NCBI GenBank assembly: GCA_965238175.1
Contig: CBDEGZ010000003.1
Location: 1,056,001-1,120,000 of the forward strand
Source of the DNA: Gammaproteobacteria bacterium
GTDB taxonomy: Bacteria; Pseudomonadota; Gammaproteobacteria; CAJXQU01
Direction of reading: 5' to 3'
DNA: 64,000 nt
Below are positions 14,865 through 25,820 of the stretch, piece by piece. The notes beneath the pieces were generated by a model that worked only from the letters and a program-made list of their open reading frames with translations, was not told the DNA's origin and made no database searches. Each line of letters begins with the position of its first letter. Position 1 is the first letter of the stretch. A program made the translations under genes and the position numbers.

Positions 14865-15161
14865 ATGAAAATGAAAAATAGGATTAACAAAATACTGATA
14901 ATTACCTTATCGCTGTCTGTATTTGCAGGTGTTTCTACCTCATATAATCAACCTTCTATCATCTTATACTCAGAAGCAGCGGAACAGAAAATCACAGAAG
15001 ATCAGGCCGCGAATATTGCTGCAAAAGCAACTGGCGGCCAAGTCCTTGGCAGTGAAACAAAAGGTGTTGAAGGGGTCACTGTTTACAGAATCAAAGTGCT
15101 AATGAAGGATGGGCGTGTCAGAACCGTCCAAGTGGATGCTGTCTCCGGAGAGGTTCAATAA
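14865..15161 (+). CDS. PepSY-domain secreted protein
   Basis: Signal peptide; ITEDQAANIAA...YRIKVL...VDAVSGEV pattern; precedes a two-component pair. Confidence 0.85.
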   Translation: MKMKNRINKILIITLSLSVFAGVSTSYNQPSIILYSEAAEQKITEDQAANIAAKATGGQVLGSETKGVEGVTVYRIKVLMKDGRVRTVQVDAVSGEVQ

Positions 15162-15839
15162 ATGCGGTTGTTACTCATTGAAGATGAGATCCCTCTATCT
15201 GATCAGATTTCTGGTAGCTTAAGAAAGGCAGGTTTCGCAGTGGATGTTGCGAATACAGGTGAGGATGGGCTTTATCTTGGTAAAGAATATCCCATCGACG
15301 TTGCGGTTGTTGATATTGGTTTACCTGATATTTCTGGAATTGATGTTATTAAGAAATGGCGCGAATCAGAACAAAGTTTTCCTATCTTGATCCTGACGGC
15401 CCGAGGTCGCTGGGAAGAAAAAGTTGAAGGACTAGAAAGCGGTGCAGATGATTATTTGGTTAAGCCCTTTCATATGGAAGAATTGATCGCAAGGTTGCGA
15501 GCTTTAATTCGCCGATCTGCGGGATTTTCCGATTCAAAGATTTCTATGGGGCGTTTTGTTCTGGATACCTCTTCACAAAAAATGTTATTCGATGAAGAAG
15601 AAGTGGATGTCACTGCGTTTGAATACAAGGTGTTGGAATATTTGATCTTAAATGCGGATAAGGTGGTGTCTAAATCGGAATTGTCCGAACATTTATATGA
15701 AGATGATTTTGATCGTGATAGTAATGTATTGGAAGTGATCATTGGGCGGCTACGCAAAAAGTTAGATCCTGACAAATCACTCAATCCTATCGAAACATTG
15801 CGCGGTCGAGGTTACCGCTTTCGAGCTGTCGAGCCATAA
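15162..15839 (+). CDS. OmpR/PhoP-family response regulator (PhoP/BqsR-like)
   Basis: MRLLLIEDE, DIGLPD, GADDYLVKPF, IETLRGRGY. Confidence 0.93.
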   Translation: MRLLLIEDEIPLSDQISGSLRKAGFAVDVANTGEDGLYLGKEYPIDVAVVDIGLPDISGIDVIKKWRESEQSFPILILTARGRWEEKVEGLESGADDYLVKPFHMEELIARLRALIRRSAGFSDSKISMGRFVLDTSSQKMLFDEEEVDVTAFEYKVLEYLILNADKVVSKSELSEHLYEDDFDRDSNVLEVIIGRLRKKLDPDKSLNPIETLRGRGYRFRAVEP

Positions 15840-15864
15840 TAATCTGTAACACTTCTCAAACACG

Positions 15865-17208
15865 ATGATGTCACTTAATGCGCGACTGCTATTAACCGCC
15901 AGCATTGTACTTGCCGCTTTTCTTAGTTTTACCGGGTATGCTTTAGATCGCGCTTTTTCAGATAGTGGACTCGTAGCGGTCACAGAAAGATTGCAGACAG
16001 AAATGTATAGCTTGCTGGCCGCTGCTGATTCTGACGATATCAGTACATTGATTATGCCTGATACGCACCCAGATCTTCGTCTCTCCACACCCGCATCTGG
16101 TATCTATGCAGAAGTTATTTCAGATAAGGGAGAATTGATCTGGCGTTCAGGATCCATGTTGGGGATCACAATTCCATTTAATAAAGTGAATACTAAAGGT
16201 GAGGCTATTTTTGGAGAAGTTGTTTCTGCTGAAGGAACAGAGCTATACACTTTGGGGTTGGGAATCGTTTGGGAGGTCGCACCTTTTATCGTTAAAGGAT
16301 ACAGTTTTCATGTCGCAGAAACCAAAGAACGTTTTGAAAAGCAACAAAGTCAATTCAGAAAAAGTTTGATCATTTGGCTAGGCGCTGCAGTCGTTGCTTT
16401 ACTTCTGGTGCAAGCAATTATTTTACGTTGGGGGCTTGCACCGTTACGTAAGGTTGCATCTGAAGTGGCAGATATCGAATCTGGCCATAGAGAAGAACTT
16501 TCTGCGGATTACCCACGTGAGATTGAACTGTTAGCGACTAATTTAAATGTGCTGATCCGTTCAAGTAATAGTCACTTGAAACGTTACCGAAATGCATTGG
16601 GTGATTTAGCACATAGTTTGAAAACTCCCCTCGCGGTTCTACGTAATCTGGTCGAGAGTGACAACTTGCCAGATGAGTCAAAAAAGACGGTTTCTGAGCA
16701 ATTAGAGCGGCTCAATAATACCGTTGAATATCAATTGCAAAGAGCGGTAGCTCAAGGAAGAAAGGTGCTAGCTGCACCGATCAATATAAAAAAAGTGGCT
16801 CAGAAACTGCTGAATACGTTTAAGAAAGTGTATGTTGATAAACAGATCAATTTTCAACTTAACATTGATCCGCAAACCAAATTCATTGGTGACGAAGGAG
16901 ATCTGATGGAATTATTAGGAAACTTGATGGATAACGCTTGTAAGTGGTGTCAAACAACAGTCAGGATTTCTTCTTCCAGTAAAGAAAATTTATTGACTAT
17001 TCTGATCGAAGATGATGGTAAAGGAATTGCAGAGGATGAAAGAGAAGCTATTTTGAAAAGAGGTATTCGTGGTGATTCACAGGTGGAAGGGCATGGGATC
17101 GGTATGGCTGTGGTCAGAAATTTGGTCGAAGAAGTTTATGATGGAAGGTTAAAGATAGGGACGAGTGATCTCGGCGGTGCTAAAATTACTATCACTCTGG
17201 CGAAATAG
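15865..17208 (+). CDS. PhoQ-like sensor histidine kinase
   Basis: Two TM segments, H-box DLAHSLKTPL, N-box GNLMDNACKW, G-boxes DDGKGI and GHGIG. Confidence 0.92.
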   Translation: MMSLNARLLLTASIVLAAFLSFTGYALDRAFSDSGLVAVTERLQTEMYSLLAAADSDDISTLIMPDTHPDLRLSTPASGIYAEVISDKGELIWRSGSMLGITIPFNKVNTKGEAIFGEVVSAEGTELYTLGLGIVWEVAPFIVKGYSFHVAETKERFEKQQSQFRKSLIIWLGAAVVALLLVQAIILRWGLAPLRKVASEVADIESGHREELSADYPREIELLATNLNVLIRSSNSHLKRYRNALGDLAHSLKTPLAVLRNLVESDNLPDESKKTVSEQLERLNNTVEYQLQRAVAQGRKVLAAPINIKKVAQKLLNTFKKVYVDKQINFQLNIDPQTKFIGDEGDLMELLGNLMDNACKWCQTTVRISSSSKENLLTILIEDDGKGIAEDEREAILKRGIRGDSQVEGHGIGMAVVRNLVEEVYDGRLKIGTSDLGGAKITITLAK

Positions 17209-17363
17209 TAATAAAAAAGTAATGGGTGACCTTTTCCCTTTAGTAGAACAATAGTAAACGTCAATGTGGGAAAAAGACTGTCCCTAGAGTTGGAAACAAC
17301 GATTCAAAATGCGGGGTTGAGCCAAATTTCTTTTTTTCGGATCAAGGGAATGCTCTGGTTAAC

Positions 17364-18589
17364 TGTAGAAATTCAGATTTGATCTGACAGTTACCCAATT
17401 ATCAGTAACCGACTGTCAGGTTAAGTTTAATTCACAAACTTTTCCTTCCAGATAGCTTGTCCGTCGATGAGTGTTTCCATCGGCGTCCTCCCGCAGCACA
17501 TTTTGCCTTGGTGAGTTCGTTGAGTATTGTATTTGAGCAACCATTCGTCAAGGTCGAGTTGCAGTTCATCAATCGATTGGTAAATTTTCTTACGCAAAGC
17601 GACTTGATAAAACTCATTGAGGATCGTCTTATGGAATCGCTCACAAATACCATTCGTCTGAGGTGATTTGACCTTGGTTTTGGTGTGTTCGATATTGTTC
17701 AACGCCATATAAAGCTGATAATCATGCTGGTCAGCTCGCCCACAATACTCCGTCCCTCTATCTGTCAAAATGCGCAACATAGGCAAACGTTGTTGTTCGT
17801 AGAATGGGAGGACGCGGTCATTGAGCATGTCAGCTGCCGTAATCGGTGTTTTAGTCGGGTACAGTTTCGCGTGAGCGACCTTGCTGTAAGTATCAACAAA
17901 CGTTTGTTGATAAACCCGACCAATGCCTTTGAAAGTACCGACATAGTAAGTATCTTGCGAGCCAAGATAACCAGGGTGTGCCGTCTCTATCTCGCCACAA
18001 GCCTCATCGTCGTCTTTTTTGCGTTCCATCGCCGCGACTTGAGACTCAGTGAGGATCAAGCCTTCACCAGCTACCTTATCAGACAATGCCTTCAGGCGAT
18101 CTTTAAAGCAAGCAAGACCATGACGAAGCCAGATACAACGAACGCCACTGGGTGAGACAAATGTTCCCCGTTTGCGCAGCTCGTTACTGGTGCGCGTTTG
18201 ACCATGTGCGGGCTCTTCCAGTGCATACTCGAGCACAACGGTTTCAATAGCCGGGTCGATTCTGTTTTTAAGATTTGGGGTACGCCGATTACGATCAAAC
18301 AAGGCTTCTACACCGCCTTCATCAGCCGCTTCTTTGTAGCGATAAAATGTATCTCTGGACAAACCCATCATCTTGCAGGCTTTTGAGACATTGCCGAGTT
18401 CTTCAGCGAGATTGAGTAGACCAACTTTATGTTTTATAACTTTGTCATTAGTATGAATCATGAGAGTTACCTCTTTGTGTTTTGATGTTTACGTTGCAGT
18501 TACATCAAAGCGGGTAACTCTCACTAAATCAAGCGTCGCTACGCTCCGCTTGATTTAGTGATGTGTCAGATTGGGTCTAAACTTCTACA
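17364..18589 (-). mobile_element. IS481-family insertion sequence, copy 1 (1226 bp)
   Basis: TGT...ACA ends, imperfect TIRs TGTAGAAATTCAGA / TCTAAACTTCTACA, 7-bp TSD GGTTAAC on both sides. Confidence 0.95.
17427..18461 (-). CDS. IS481-family DDE transposase
   Basis: GLLNLAEELGNVSKAC, GSQDTYYVG, LTDRGTEYCG, NGICERFH. Confidence 0.96.
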   Translation of the reverse strand: MIHTNDKVIKHKVGLLNLAEELGNVSKACKMMGLSRDTFYRYKEAADEGGVEALFDRNRRTPNLKNRIDPAIETVVLEYALEEPAHGQTRTSNELRKRGTFVSPSGVRCIWLRHGLACFKDRLKALSDKVAGEGLILTESQVAAMERKKDDDEACGEIETAHPGYLGSQDTYYVGTFKGIGRVYQQTFVDTYSKVAHAKLYPTKTPITAADMLNDRVLPFYEQQRLPMLRILTDRGTEYCGRADQHDYQLYMALNNIEHTKTKVKSPQTNGICERFHKTILNEFYQVALRKKIYQSIDELQLDLDEWLLKYNTQRTHQGKMCCGRTPMETLIDGQAIWKEKFVN

Positions 18590-18673
18590 GGTTAACGATA
18601 CCTTCTGTGATTGCATACTTTGGAATGCGGGATTGAGCTTGAATCCAATCTATTCCAGATTCTATTCAGGCTT

Positions 18674-20620
18674 TTATTTATTTTCCCTATTTTCAATCAA
18701 ATCATCGACTACCGATGGATCAGCTAAAGTACTGGTGTCTCCGAGATTTTCTAGTTCATTCTCAGCTACTTTACGTAGTATACGCCGCATGATTTTACCC
18801 GAACGAGTTTTGGGTAATCCTGGAGCCCATTGAATAACGTCAGGACTGGCGATAGGACCAATCTCTTTTCGTACATGTTGTACCAACTCTTTACGTAAAT
18901 CATCTGTAGCTTCAATACCGTTCATCAATGTCACATAGGCATAGATACCTTGTCCTTTTATATCGTGAGGGAAGCCAACCACAGCCGATTCAGCAACAGC
19001 ATCATGTAACACCAATGCACTTTCTACTTCTGCTGTACCCATACGATGACCCGAAACATTGATCACATCATCGACACGTCCCGTGATCCAATAATATCCA
19101 TCTTCATCACGACGAGCTCCATCACCACTAAAATAGCTACCTGGAAAAGTTTTGAAGTAGGTTTCATTAAAACGTTGATGATCGCCGTATATAGTTCTCA
19201 TTTGCCCTGGCCATGAGCTTGTTATCGTTAGACAACCTTCAGCTTCGCCCTCAAGTTTCTTACCCTGATCATCAACAATTGCCGGAACAACACCAAAAAA
19301 TGGTAACGTTGCAGAGCCGGGTTTTAGATCGGTCGCGCCAGGGAGGGGGGTGATCAAAATGCCGCCCGTTTCAGTTTGCCACCAGGTATCCACAATAGGG
19401 CAACGACCGTTGCCGATAACATGGTAATACCATTCCCAGGCTTCAGGATTAATAGGTTCACCAACGGAACCTAAAATCCTCAGGGATTTGCGGCTACTAC
19501 GTTTTACCAGTTCGTCACCTAGTGCCATCAATGCACGTATTGCGGTAGGTGCGGTATAGAAAATATTAACTTGATGTTTGTCTACAACATCCCAAAATCG
19601 TCCCGCATCCGGATAGGTTGGAACACCTTCAAACATGAGCGTGGTCGCACCATTACAAAGTGGTCCATAAACGATATAGGAATGGCCTGTCACCCAACCA
19701 ACATCAGCAGTACACCAATAAACATCACCATCGTGATAATCAAAAATATATTTGTGCGTCATTGCAGTGTAGAGCAGGTAACCACCTGTGGTATGCAACA
19801 CACCTTTAGGTTTACCTGTGGAGCCTGATGTGTAGAGAATAAATAATGGATCTTCCGCATCCATTTCTTCCGGAGGACAATCTGTTGAAGCTGCTGCAAC
19901 TGACTCGTGGTACCAGATGTTGGTTTTATCATCCCAATTAATGTCGCCGCCTGTGCATTTAACAACAAGAACAGTATGAACATTTGGACAAGATTCCAGG
20001 GCTTTATCAACATTTGTTTTTAAAGGTACAGATCTGCCTCCACGTAGACCTTCGTCAGCAGTAACGACAACCTGACAGTCTGAGTCTACTATCCGATCTT
20101 TGAGCGCTTCTGGTGAGAATCCACCAAATACGATGGAGTGGACGGCACCGATCCGTGTACAGGCCAACATTGCGACAGCAGCTTCTGGCACCATTGGCAT
20201 ATAGAGAGAAATACGGTCGCCTTTTTTTACCCCTCGGTCTTTTAAAACATTGGCGAAACGGCAGACTTGTTCATGGAGCTCTCTATAGGTGATCTTTTTA
20301 TCGACATTAGGATCATCACCTTCCCAAATGATAGCAACCTGATCACCTCGGCTTTCCAGGTGCCTATCCAAACAATTGTATGAGACATTGAGTTTAGCAC
20401 CTTCAAACCACGCTATGTTTGCCGAACCGTTATCGTTATATTCCCATCCTTGCACTTTGTTCCATGGTTTAGACCAGCTGACAAGCTCTTTAGCTTGTTC
20501 ACCCCAAAAAGTTTCAGGATCATCAACAGACTGTTGGTACATGTCTTTATATTTCTGATTATCAATCCATGCTGTTGTTGCGATATTGGTAGGGACGGGA
20601 TATTTTTTTATGTCAGCCAT
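18674..20620 (-). CDS. acs: Acetyl-CoA synthetase
   Basis: [21 protein letters not shown], acetylation motif [12 protein letters not shown]. Confidence 0.98.
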   Translation of the reverse strand: MADIKKYPVPTNIATTAWIDNQKYKDMYQQSVDDPETFWGEQAKELVSWSKPWNKVQGWEYNDNGSANIAWFEGAKLNVSYNCLDRHLESRGDQVAIIWEGDDPNVDKKITYRELHEQVCRFANVLKDRGVKKGDRISLYMPMVPEAAVAMLACTRIGAVHSIVFGGFSPEALKDRIVDSDCQVVVTADEGLRGGRSVPLKTNVDKALESCPNVHTVLVVKCTGGDINWDDKTNIWYHESVAAASTDCPPEEMDAEDPLFILYTSGSTGKPKGVLHTTGGYLLYTAMTHKYIFDYHDGDVYWCTADVGWVTGHSYIVYGPLCNGATTLMFEGVPTYPDAGRFWDVVDKHQVNIFYTAPTAIRALMALGDELVKRSSRKSLRILGSVGEPINPEAWEWYYHVIGNGRCPIVDTWWQTETGGILITPLPGATDLKPGSATLPFFGVVPAIVDDQGKKLEGEAEGCLTITSSWPGQMRTIYGDHQRFNETYFKTFPGSYFSGDGARRDEDGYYWITGRVDDVINVSGHRMGTAEVESALVLHDAVAESAVVGFPHDIKGQGIYAYVTLMNGIEATDDLRKELVQHVRKEIGPIASPDVIQWAPGLPKTRSGKIMRRILRKVAENELENLGDTSTLADPSVVDDLIENRENK

Positions 20621-20751
20621 TTTATGTCAGCCTTTGTAGTTATATTTATATGCTTCTTTACGTTGTGCTGGTTGTATGCAAGAGTACGATTCACAGGGTG
20701 GGTAAGTCAATACTAATATCAAACAAAACAATGACAATATCAAAAATATCA

Positions 20752-21741
20752 ATGAAAAATAGTAAAATTTTGGAAGTGGCGATTATTGCTGTTCAACAGG
20801 CCTGTATCGTTACACGCAAGGTGCAGGCCGATTTGGAAAGGATGCAGCAGATAGAAAAAAGTGATAAAAGTCCAGTTACTGTTGCAGATTTTGCCGCACA
20901 AGCTGTTGTAACGCACGTCTTAGAAGCATCACTTGGGCCGATCAAATTGGTAGGAGAGGAGGCGAGTGCAGAGCTGCGAGAGTCTGATCAAGAAACGCTT
21001 TGTCAATCTGTGGTCAGTGCAGTACAAACAGTTTGGGCTGAAGCAACGAAAGAACAAGTTTTAGATGCGATAGATGTTGGTAGTCATGATGCGAGTTCTT
21101 TATCGTATTGGACACTCGATCCGATTGATGGGACGAAAGGATTTTTACGGGGGGGGCAATACGCTATTTCGCTGGCGTTGATCGAAAATGGTGAAGTGAT
21201 CCTTGGCGTGCTTGGATGTCCAAATCTTTCCTTAGACTTTGACCGATCATTTGACAAACCAGATCCTGATGGAGTGATCTATTTTGCGCGGAGAGGTGAA
21301 GGTACGTGGCGAGTTACTGACAACAAATCACCACTAAGAATCACGCCAGATCCATATGATGGTTTGATTCGAGTTTGTGAGTCTGTTGAATCTGGACATT
21401 CAAAACATGATGATACAGCAAGGATTGTAGAAAAATTAGGTGGCGCAGGCGAGTCTGCCAGGCTTGACAGCCAGTGCAAATATGCAGTGGTTGCCAGGGG
21501 GCAGGCGGATGCCTATTTACGTTTACCAACACGGGCAGACTATGTGGAAAAAATTTGGGATCATGCTGGCGGAATGCTTATCGCACAGGAAGCGGGAATG
21601 CTCGTCAGCGATATATATGGTAAGTCCTTAGATTTTTCGCAAGGGATAGGACTGAAAAACAATAGTGGGGTGATTTGTGCCAGTCCAAAGTTTCATGATC
21701 AGATCCTCCATGCAATAGAAGAACTGGGACTTGCTTCTTAG
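20752..21741 (+). CDS. 3'(2'),5'-bisphosphate nucleotidase, HAL2/SAL1-like
   Basis: KSDKSPVTVADFAAQA, WTLDPIDGTKGFLRGGQYA, CESVESGHS, LDSQCKY, EKIWDHA; start at 20731 or 20752. Confidence 0.9.
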   Translation: MKNSKILEVAIIAVQQACIVTRKVQADLERMQQIEKSDKSPVTVADFAAQAVVTHVLEASLGPIKLVGEEASAELRESDQETLCQSVVSAVQTVWAEATKEQVLDAIDVGSHDASSLSYWTLDPIDGTKGFLRGGQYAISLALIENGEVILGVLGCPNLSLDFDRSFDKPDPDGVIYFARRGEGTWRVTDNKSPLRITPDPYDGLIRVCESVESGHSKHDDTARIVEKLGGAGESARLDSQCKYAVVARGQADAYLRLPTRADYVEKIWDHAGGMLIAQEAGMLVSDIYGKSLDFSQGIGLKNNSGVICASPKFHDQILHAIEELGLAS

Positions 21742-21759
21742 TCAATTTAAAATATCAAC

Positions 21760-22050
21760 ATAAGTAGACTAGGTGATTGAAAACGAACTTTTACCTGTGA
21801 AGACAAGATCTTAACCAGTTCTAAGCAACACGTTTGATTATAAAACTGTTGTTACAGATTAAAGATGTCACTGTTTTAAGCATTGCTTGAAGGCGCAAGG
21901 CATTGTTAAAGTTGATCAGCGCAACAGTACTGCAGAAATCGAAAGTATTGATTGGTATGCGCCCGGTGTTGATCTAGTCAAGATCGAGAGGGCAGAACGA
22001 TCAAACAGTACATTTCTAATCCAGGGTTTTTACACCCTGGAGTTATTGAA
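21760..22050 (+). pseudogene. Decayed gene remnant
   Basis: Residual protein-like frame GIVKVDQRNSTAEIESIDWYAPGVDLVKIERAERSNSTFL with no intact start and stops upstream. Confidence 0.4.
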
Positions 22051-22067
22051 ATATAAGAGAGGTTAAA

Positions 22068-23519
22068 TTAGCTGCCGTTCATCAATATGTGCACCCAGAT
22101 ACTCGCGGCATAACCTAAAGCAATTGCCCAGGTCCACTTCAGGTGGCTGAAGAAAGTATAAATACCTCGGGCTTGACCCATTACAGCAACGCCTGCTGCC
22201 GAACCAACCGATAATAACGATCCGCCAACACCTGCTGTTAAGGTAACAAGCAGCCATTGAGCATGATTCATTTCAGGCAACATGGTCAGTACAGCAAACA
22301 TCACCGGAATGTTGTCAACAATTGCTGAGAGAATACCCACAAGTATATTCGCATTTGTTGTACCAAGACCATCGTACATCAGTGTAGACACCAAAGATAA
22401 GTAACCTAATGCACCAAGGCCGCCCACGCATAGAATTACACCGTAGAAAAACATCAGTGTATCCCATTCTGCTCTGGCTAATGATTTGAAAATATTAAAA
22501 ACTCTTGCGGGCTTTCCATTAGCACCGGTATCTCTTGCATCACTGGCTTCAGTACCAAGCGCTCTTGCACCCATGTTTTCACCAGGGTCGACGTGTGTAC
22601 CTTGTCGTTTTAAGTAGTAGCCAAAGAACTTTAACAAACCAAGGCCTGTCATCATGCCAAGCACAGGGGGCAAGTGAAGGAAATTGTGCGCGGAAACGGC
22701 CATCATAATAGTTAAAATGAATAACGCTATGACAACCATAGAACCTTTCATCATATAAACTTCTTCATCAAGTGCATCTGGTTTTATTTTAGGAACGGCC
22801 ATCGATATGATCGCGGCAGGAATTAACCAGTTAACTAATGAAGGAACAAATAGGGCAAAGAATTCCTGAAACTGAACGATTCCTTTTTGCCATACCATTA
22901 GAGTTGTTATGTCACCGAAAGGACTAAAAGCACCGCCAGCATTGGCAGCAACGACAATATTGATACAAGCGATAGCAACAAATTTAGTATTAGTACCGCC
23001 AACCGCCATCGCAACAGTGGACATTAACAGTGCGGTGGTCAGGTTATCTGCTATGGGAGATAAACAAAAAGAGATCAAACCGGTAAGCCAGAAAATCGTT
23101 CTAAGAGAAAATCCTCGTGATACCAGCCAAGCTCGTAACTTATCAAACACACCCATATATTCCATGGTGTTTATATAAGTCATTGCAGCAAGAAGGAAGA
23201 GAAAGAGTTCCGCAAATTCCAGTAAGTTGTGTCTCACCATAATCTCAGCTGTGTGTACATCACCACTTTGAGAATAGACAACCGCTACAATTGCCCAGAT
23301 GATACCTGCAGCGACAGTGACAGGTTTTGATTTTCTCAGATGAAGTTGTTCTTCAAATATAACGAGTAAGTAGGCAAGGACAAAAGTTACCAGCGCTACT
23401 GTTGCAGCCGTGAGTCCTGTGAAATCTTGAGGTGTGGCACTATGACCACCTTCAGATGCAAATAAGAGTGCTGGAATTAAAAATAGTCCTGTTCCGATCA
23501 AAGTAAGAAGCTTCTTCAT
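22068..23519 (-). CDS. nhaD: NhaD-family Na+/H+ antiporter
   Basis: LHLRKSKP, SPIADNLTTAL, ANAGGAFSPFGDITTLMVWQ, IVDNIP, GSAAGVA. Confidence 0.95.
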   Translation of the reverse strand: MKKLLTLIGTGLFLIPALLFASEGGHSATPQDFTGLTAATVALVTFVLAYLLVIFEEQLHLRKSKPVTVAAGIIWAIVAVVYSQSGDVHTAEIMVRHNLLEFAELFLFLLAAMTYINTMEYMGVFDKLRAWLVSRGFSLRTIFWLTGLISFCLSPIADNLTTALLMSTVAMAVGGTNTKFVAIACINIVVAANAGGAFSPFGDITTLMVWQKGIVQFQEFFALFVPSLVNWLIPAAIISMAVPKIKPDALDEEVYMMKGSMVVIALFILTIMMAVSAHNFLHLPPVLGMMTGLGLLKFFGYYLKRQGTHVDPGENMGARALGTEASDARDTGANGKPARVFNIFKSLARAEWDTLMFFYGVILCVGGLGALGYLSLVSTLMYDGLGTTNANILVGILSAIVDNIPVMFAVLTMLPEMNHAQWLLVTLTAGVGGSLLSVGSAAGVAVMGQARGIYTFFSHLKWTWAIALGYAASIWVHILMNGS

Positions 23520-23781
23520 TATGTATCTTCCCCAAGAGATTTATGAAAATTCAAATTTTATCACTGTTAATTAATATAAGTAATAAATGATTACCAGGTT
23601 TTCATCAATTAAAAAAGCATGATGTATGCCAACTGGTTGTGATTAAATTTAGTGAAAACTAATGTTTCCGACGGTATCGCCGAAAGGATATTTAATCGTA
23701 AAATGAAACTACTTTAGATAAAGTTACTAAAGAATCAAATAATACGGATATGTAAATATATAGATTGACAGGATTTCATCA

Positions 23782-24339
23782 ATGCTAAGAGAATCAAAAA
23801 GTCTAATCAAGGACGTAACTCAAGAATTGAACAAAGATCAAATTCAGCCAACGCTGAAAGGTGCTACCTCAGAACGTTCAAATCAATGGAAACCAAATGT
23901 GACGGTTGCTGCCATTATTGAACGCGGTGGTAAGTTCATGATGATAGAGGAATTTTCACAAGGTAAGTTGGTATTCAATCAACCTGCTGGCCATTTAGAA
24001 GAAGGTGAGAGCCTACTACAGGCGGTGGAAAGGGAAGTGCGTGAAGAAACCGCCTGGGGGTTTAAACCAGAAAAAGTGATCGGTCTTTATATGTATCCTT
24101 CACCAGCAAACGACATTACTTACTTACGTGTCTGTTTTACAGGTAGCTGTCATGATCATAAACCAGAATTACCCTTGGACGATGGTATCTACCGGGTTCA
24201 TTGGATGACTGTAGAGGAAATTCGGAAAAATATAGGACGGCTACGTTGCTCGATGACCTTAACCTGTATTGATGATTATCTTGCAGGGAACCAGTTTCCG
24301 TTAGAATATTTACATAACCAGCTTTCTTCGCGCTCATAG
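23782..24339 (+). CDS. nudJ: NUDIX hydrolase, NudJ-like
   Basis: WKPNVTVAA, Nudix box NQPAGHLEEGESLLQAVEREVREETAW. Confidence 0.85.
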   Translation: MLRESKSLIKDVTQELNKDQIQPTLKGATSERSNQWKPNVTVAAIIERGGKFMMIEEFSQGKLVFNQPAGHLEEGESLLQAVEREVREETAWGFKPEKVIGLYMYPSPANDITYLRVCFTGSCHDHKPELPLDDGIYRVHWMTVEEIRKNIGRLRCSMTLTCIDDYLAGNQFPLEYLHNQLSSRS

Positions 24340-24524
24340 ACAAACTCACGCATGGCAAGACTTATCAGAGCCACGATCACGTTAGGGCAGATGTATTCAG
24401 GTATACCGACATAATTTATAATCGGCAGCGATTCCATCAAACATTAAACTATGTCTCACCGACAGAGTATGAAATGATGAGAGCTGTTTAATTTAGCTGC
24501 CTGCGTGGATATTAGTACACTTCA
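24340..24524 (+). pseudogene. IS3-family 3' remnant (end of OrfB plus right IR)
   Basis: Frame ...VFRYTDIIYNRQRFHQTLNYVSPTEYE* followed by an IR ending in CA at 24524. Confidence 0.75.
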
Positions 24525-24564
24525 TATACCCCCATCTGAGGTCATGAAATATCAACTGCTAAGG

Positions 24565-25790
24565 TGTAGAAATTCAGATTTGATCTGACAGTTACCCAAT
24601 TATCAGTAACCGACTGTCAGGTTAAGTTTAATTCACAAACTTTTCCTTCCAGATAGCTTGTCCGTCGATGAGTGTTTCCATCGGCGTCCTCCCGCAGCAC
24701 ATTTTGCCTTGGTGAGTTCGTTGAGTATTGTATTTGAGCAACCATTCGTCAAGGTCGAGTTGCAGTTCATCAATCGATTGGTAAATTTTCTTACGCAAAG
24801 CGACTTGATAAAACTCATTGAGGATCGTCTTATGGAATCGCTCACAAATACCATTCGTCTGAGGTGATTTGACCTTGGTTTTGGTGTGTTCGATATTGTT
24901 CAACGCCATATAAAGCTGATAATCATGCTGGTCAGCTCGCCCACAATACTCCGTCCCTCTATCTGTCAAAATGCGCAACATAGGCAAACGTTGTTGTTCG
25001 TAGAATGGGAGGACGCGGTCATTGAGCATGTCAGCTGCCGTAATCGGTGTTTTAGTCGGGTACAGTTTCGCGTGAGCGACCTTGCTGTAAGTATCAACAA
25101 ACGTTTGTTGATAAACCCGACCAATGCCTTTGAAAGTACCGACATAGTAAGTATCTTGCGAGCCAAGATAACCAGGGTGTGCCGTTTCTATCTCGCCACA
25201 AGCCTCATCGTCGTCTTTTTTGCGTTCCATCGCCGCGACTTGAGACTCAGTGAGGATCAAGCCTTCACCAGCTACCTTATCAGACAATGCCTTCAGGCGA
25301 TCTTTAAAGCAAGCAAGACCATGACGAAGCCAGATACAACGAACGCCACTGGGTGAGACAAATGTTCCCCGTTTGCGCAGCTCGTTACTGGTGCGCGTTT
25401 GACCATGTGCGGGCTCTTCCAGTGCATACTCGAGCACAACGGTTTCAATAGCCGGGTCGATTCTGTTTTTAAGATTTGGGGTACGCCGATTACGATCAAA
25501 CAAGGCTTCTACACCGCCTTCATCAGCCGCTTCTTTGTAGCGATAAAATGTATCTCTGGACAAACCCATCATCTTGCAGGCTTTTGAGACATTGCCGAGT
25601 TCTTCAGCGAGATTGAGTAGACCAACTTTATGTTTTATAACTTTGTCATTAGTATGAATCATGAGAGTTACCTCTTTGTGTTTTGATGTTTACGTTGCAG
25701 TTACATCAAAGCGGGTAACTCTCACTAAATCAAGCGTCGCTACGCTCCGCTTGATTTAGTGATGTGTCAGATTGGGTCTAAACTTCTACA
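24565..25790 (-). mobile_element. IS481-family insertion sequence, copy 2 (1226 bp)
   Basis: Near-identical to copy 1; its own 7-bp TSD GCTAAGG at 24558-24564 and 25791-25797. Confidence 0.95.
24628..25662 (-). CDS. IS481-family DDE transposase
   Basis: Protein identical to 17427-18461. Confidence 0.96.
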   Translation of the reverse strand: MIHTNDKVIKHKVGLLNLAEELGNVSKACKMMGLSRDTFYRYKEAADEGGVEALFDRNRRTPNLKNRIDPAIETVVLEYALEEPAHGQTRTSNELRKRGTFVSPSGVRCIWLRHGLACFKDRLKALSDKVAGEGLILTESQVAAMERKKDDDEACGEIETAHPGYLGSQDTYYVGTFKGIGRVYQQTFVDTYSKVAHAKLYPTKTPITAADMLNDRVLPFYEQQRLPMLRILTDRGTEYCGRADQHDYQLYMALNNIEHTKTKVKSPQTNGICERFHKTILNEFYQVALRKKIYQSIDELQLDLDEWLLKYNTQRTHQGKMCCGRTPMETLIDGQAIWKEKFVN

Positions 25791-25820
25791 GCTAAGGATT
25801 AGAGTACAAATGCGTAATAA

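Noticed and set aside
17210-18650. Short repeat AATGCGGG.TTGAGC on both sides of IS481 copy 1
   Set aside because: Only about 15 bp in two copies with no recognisable element or ORF; probably a decayed remnant.
17364-25790. Composite transposon formed by the two IS481 copies around acs-HAL2-nhaD-nudJ
   Set aside because: Each copy has its own matched TSD and the outer flanks differ, so these are independent insertions.
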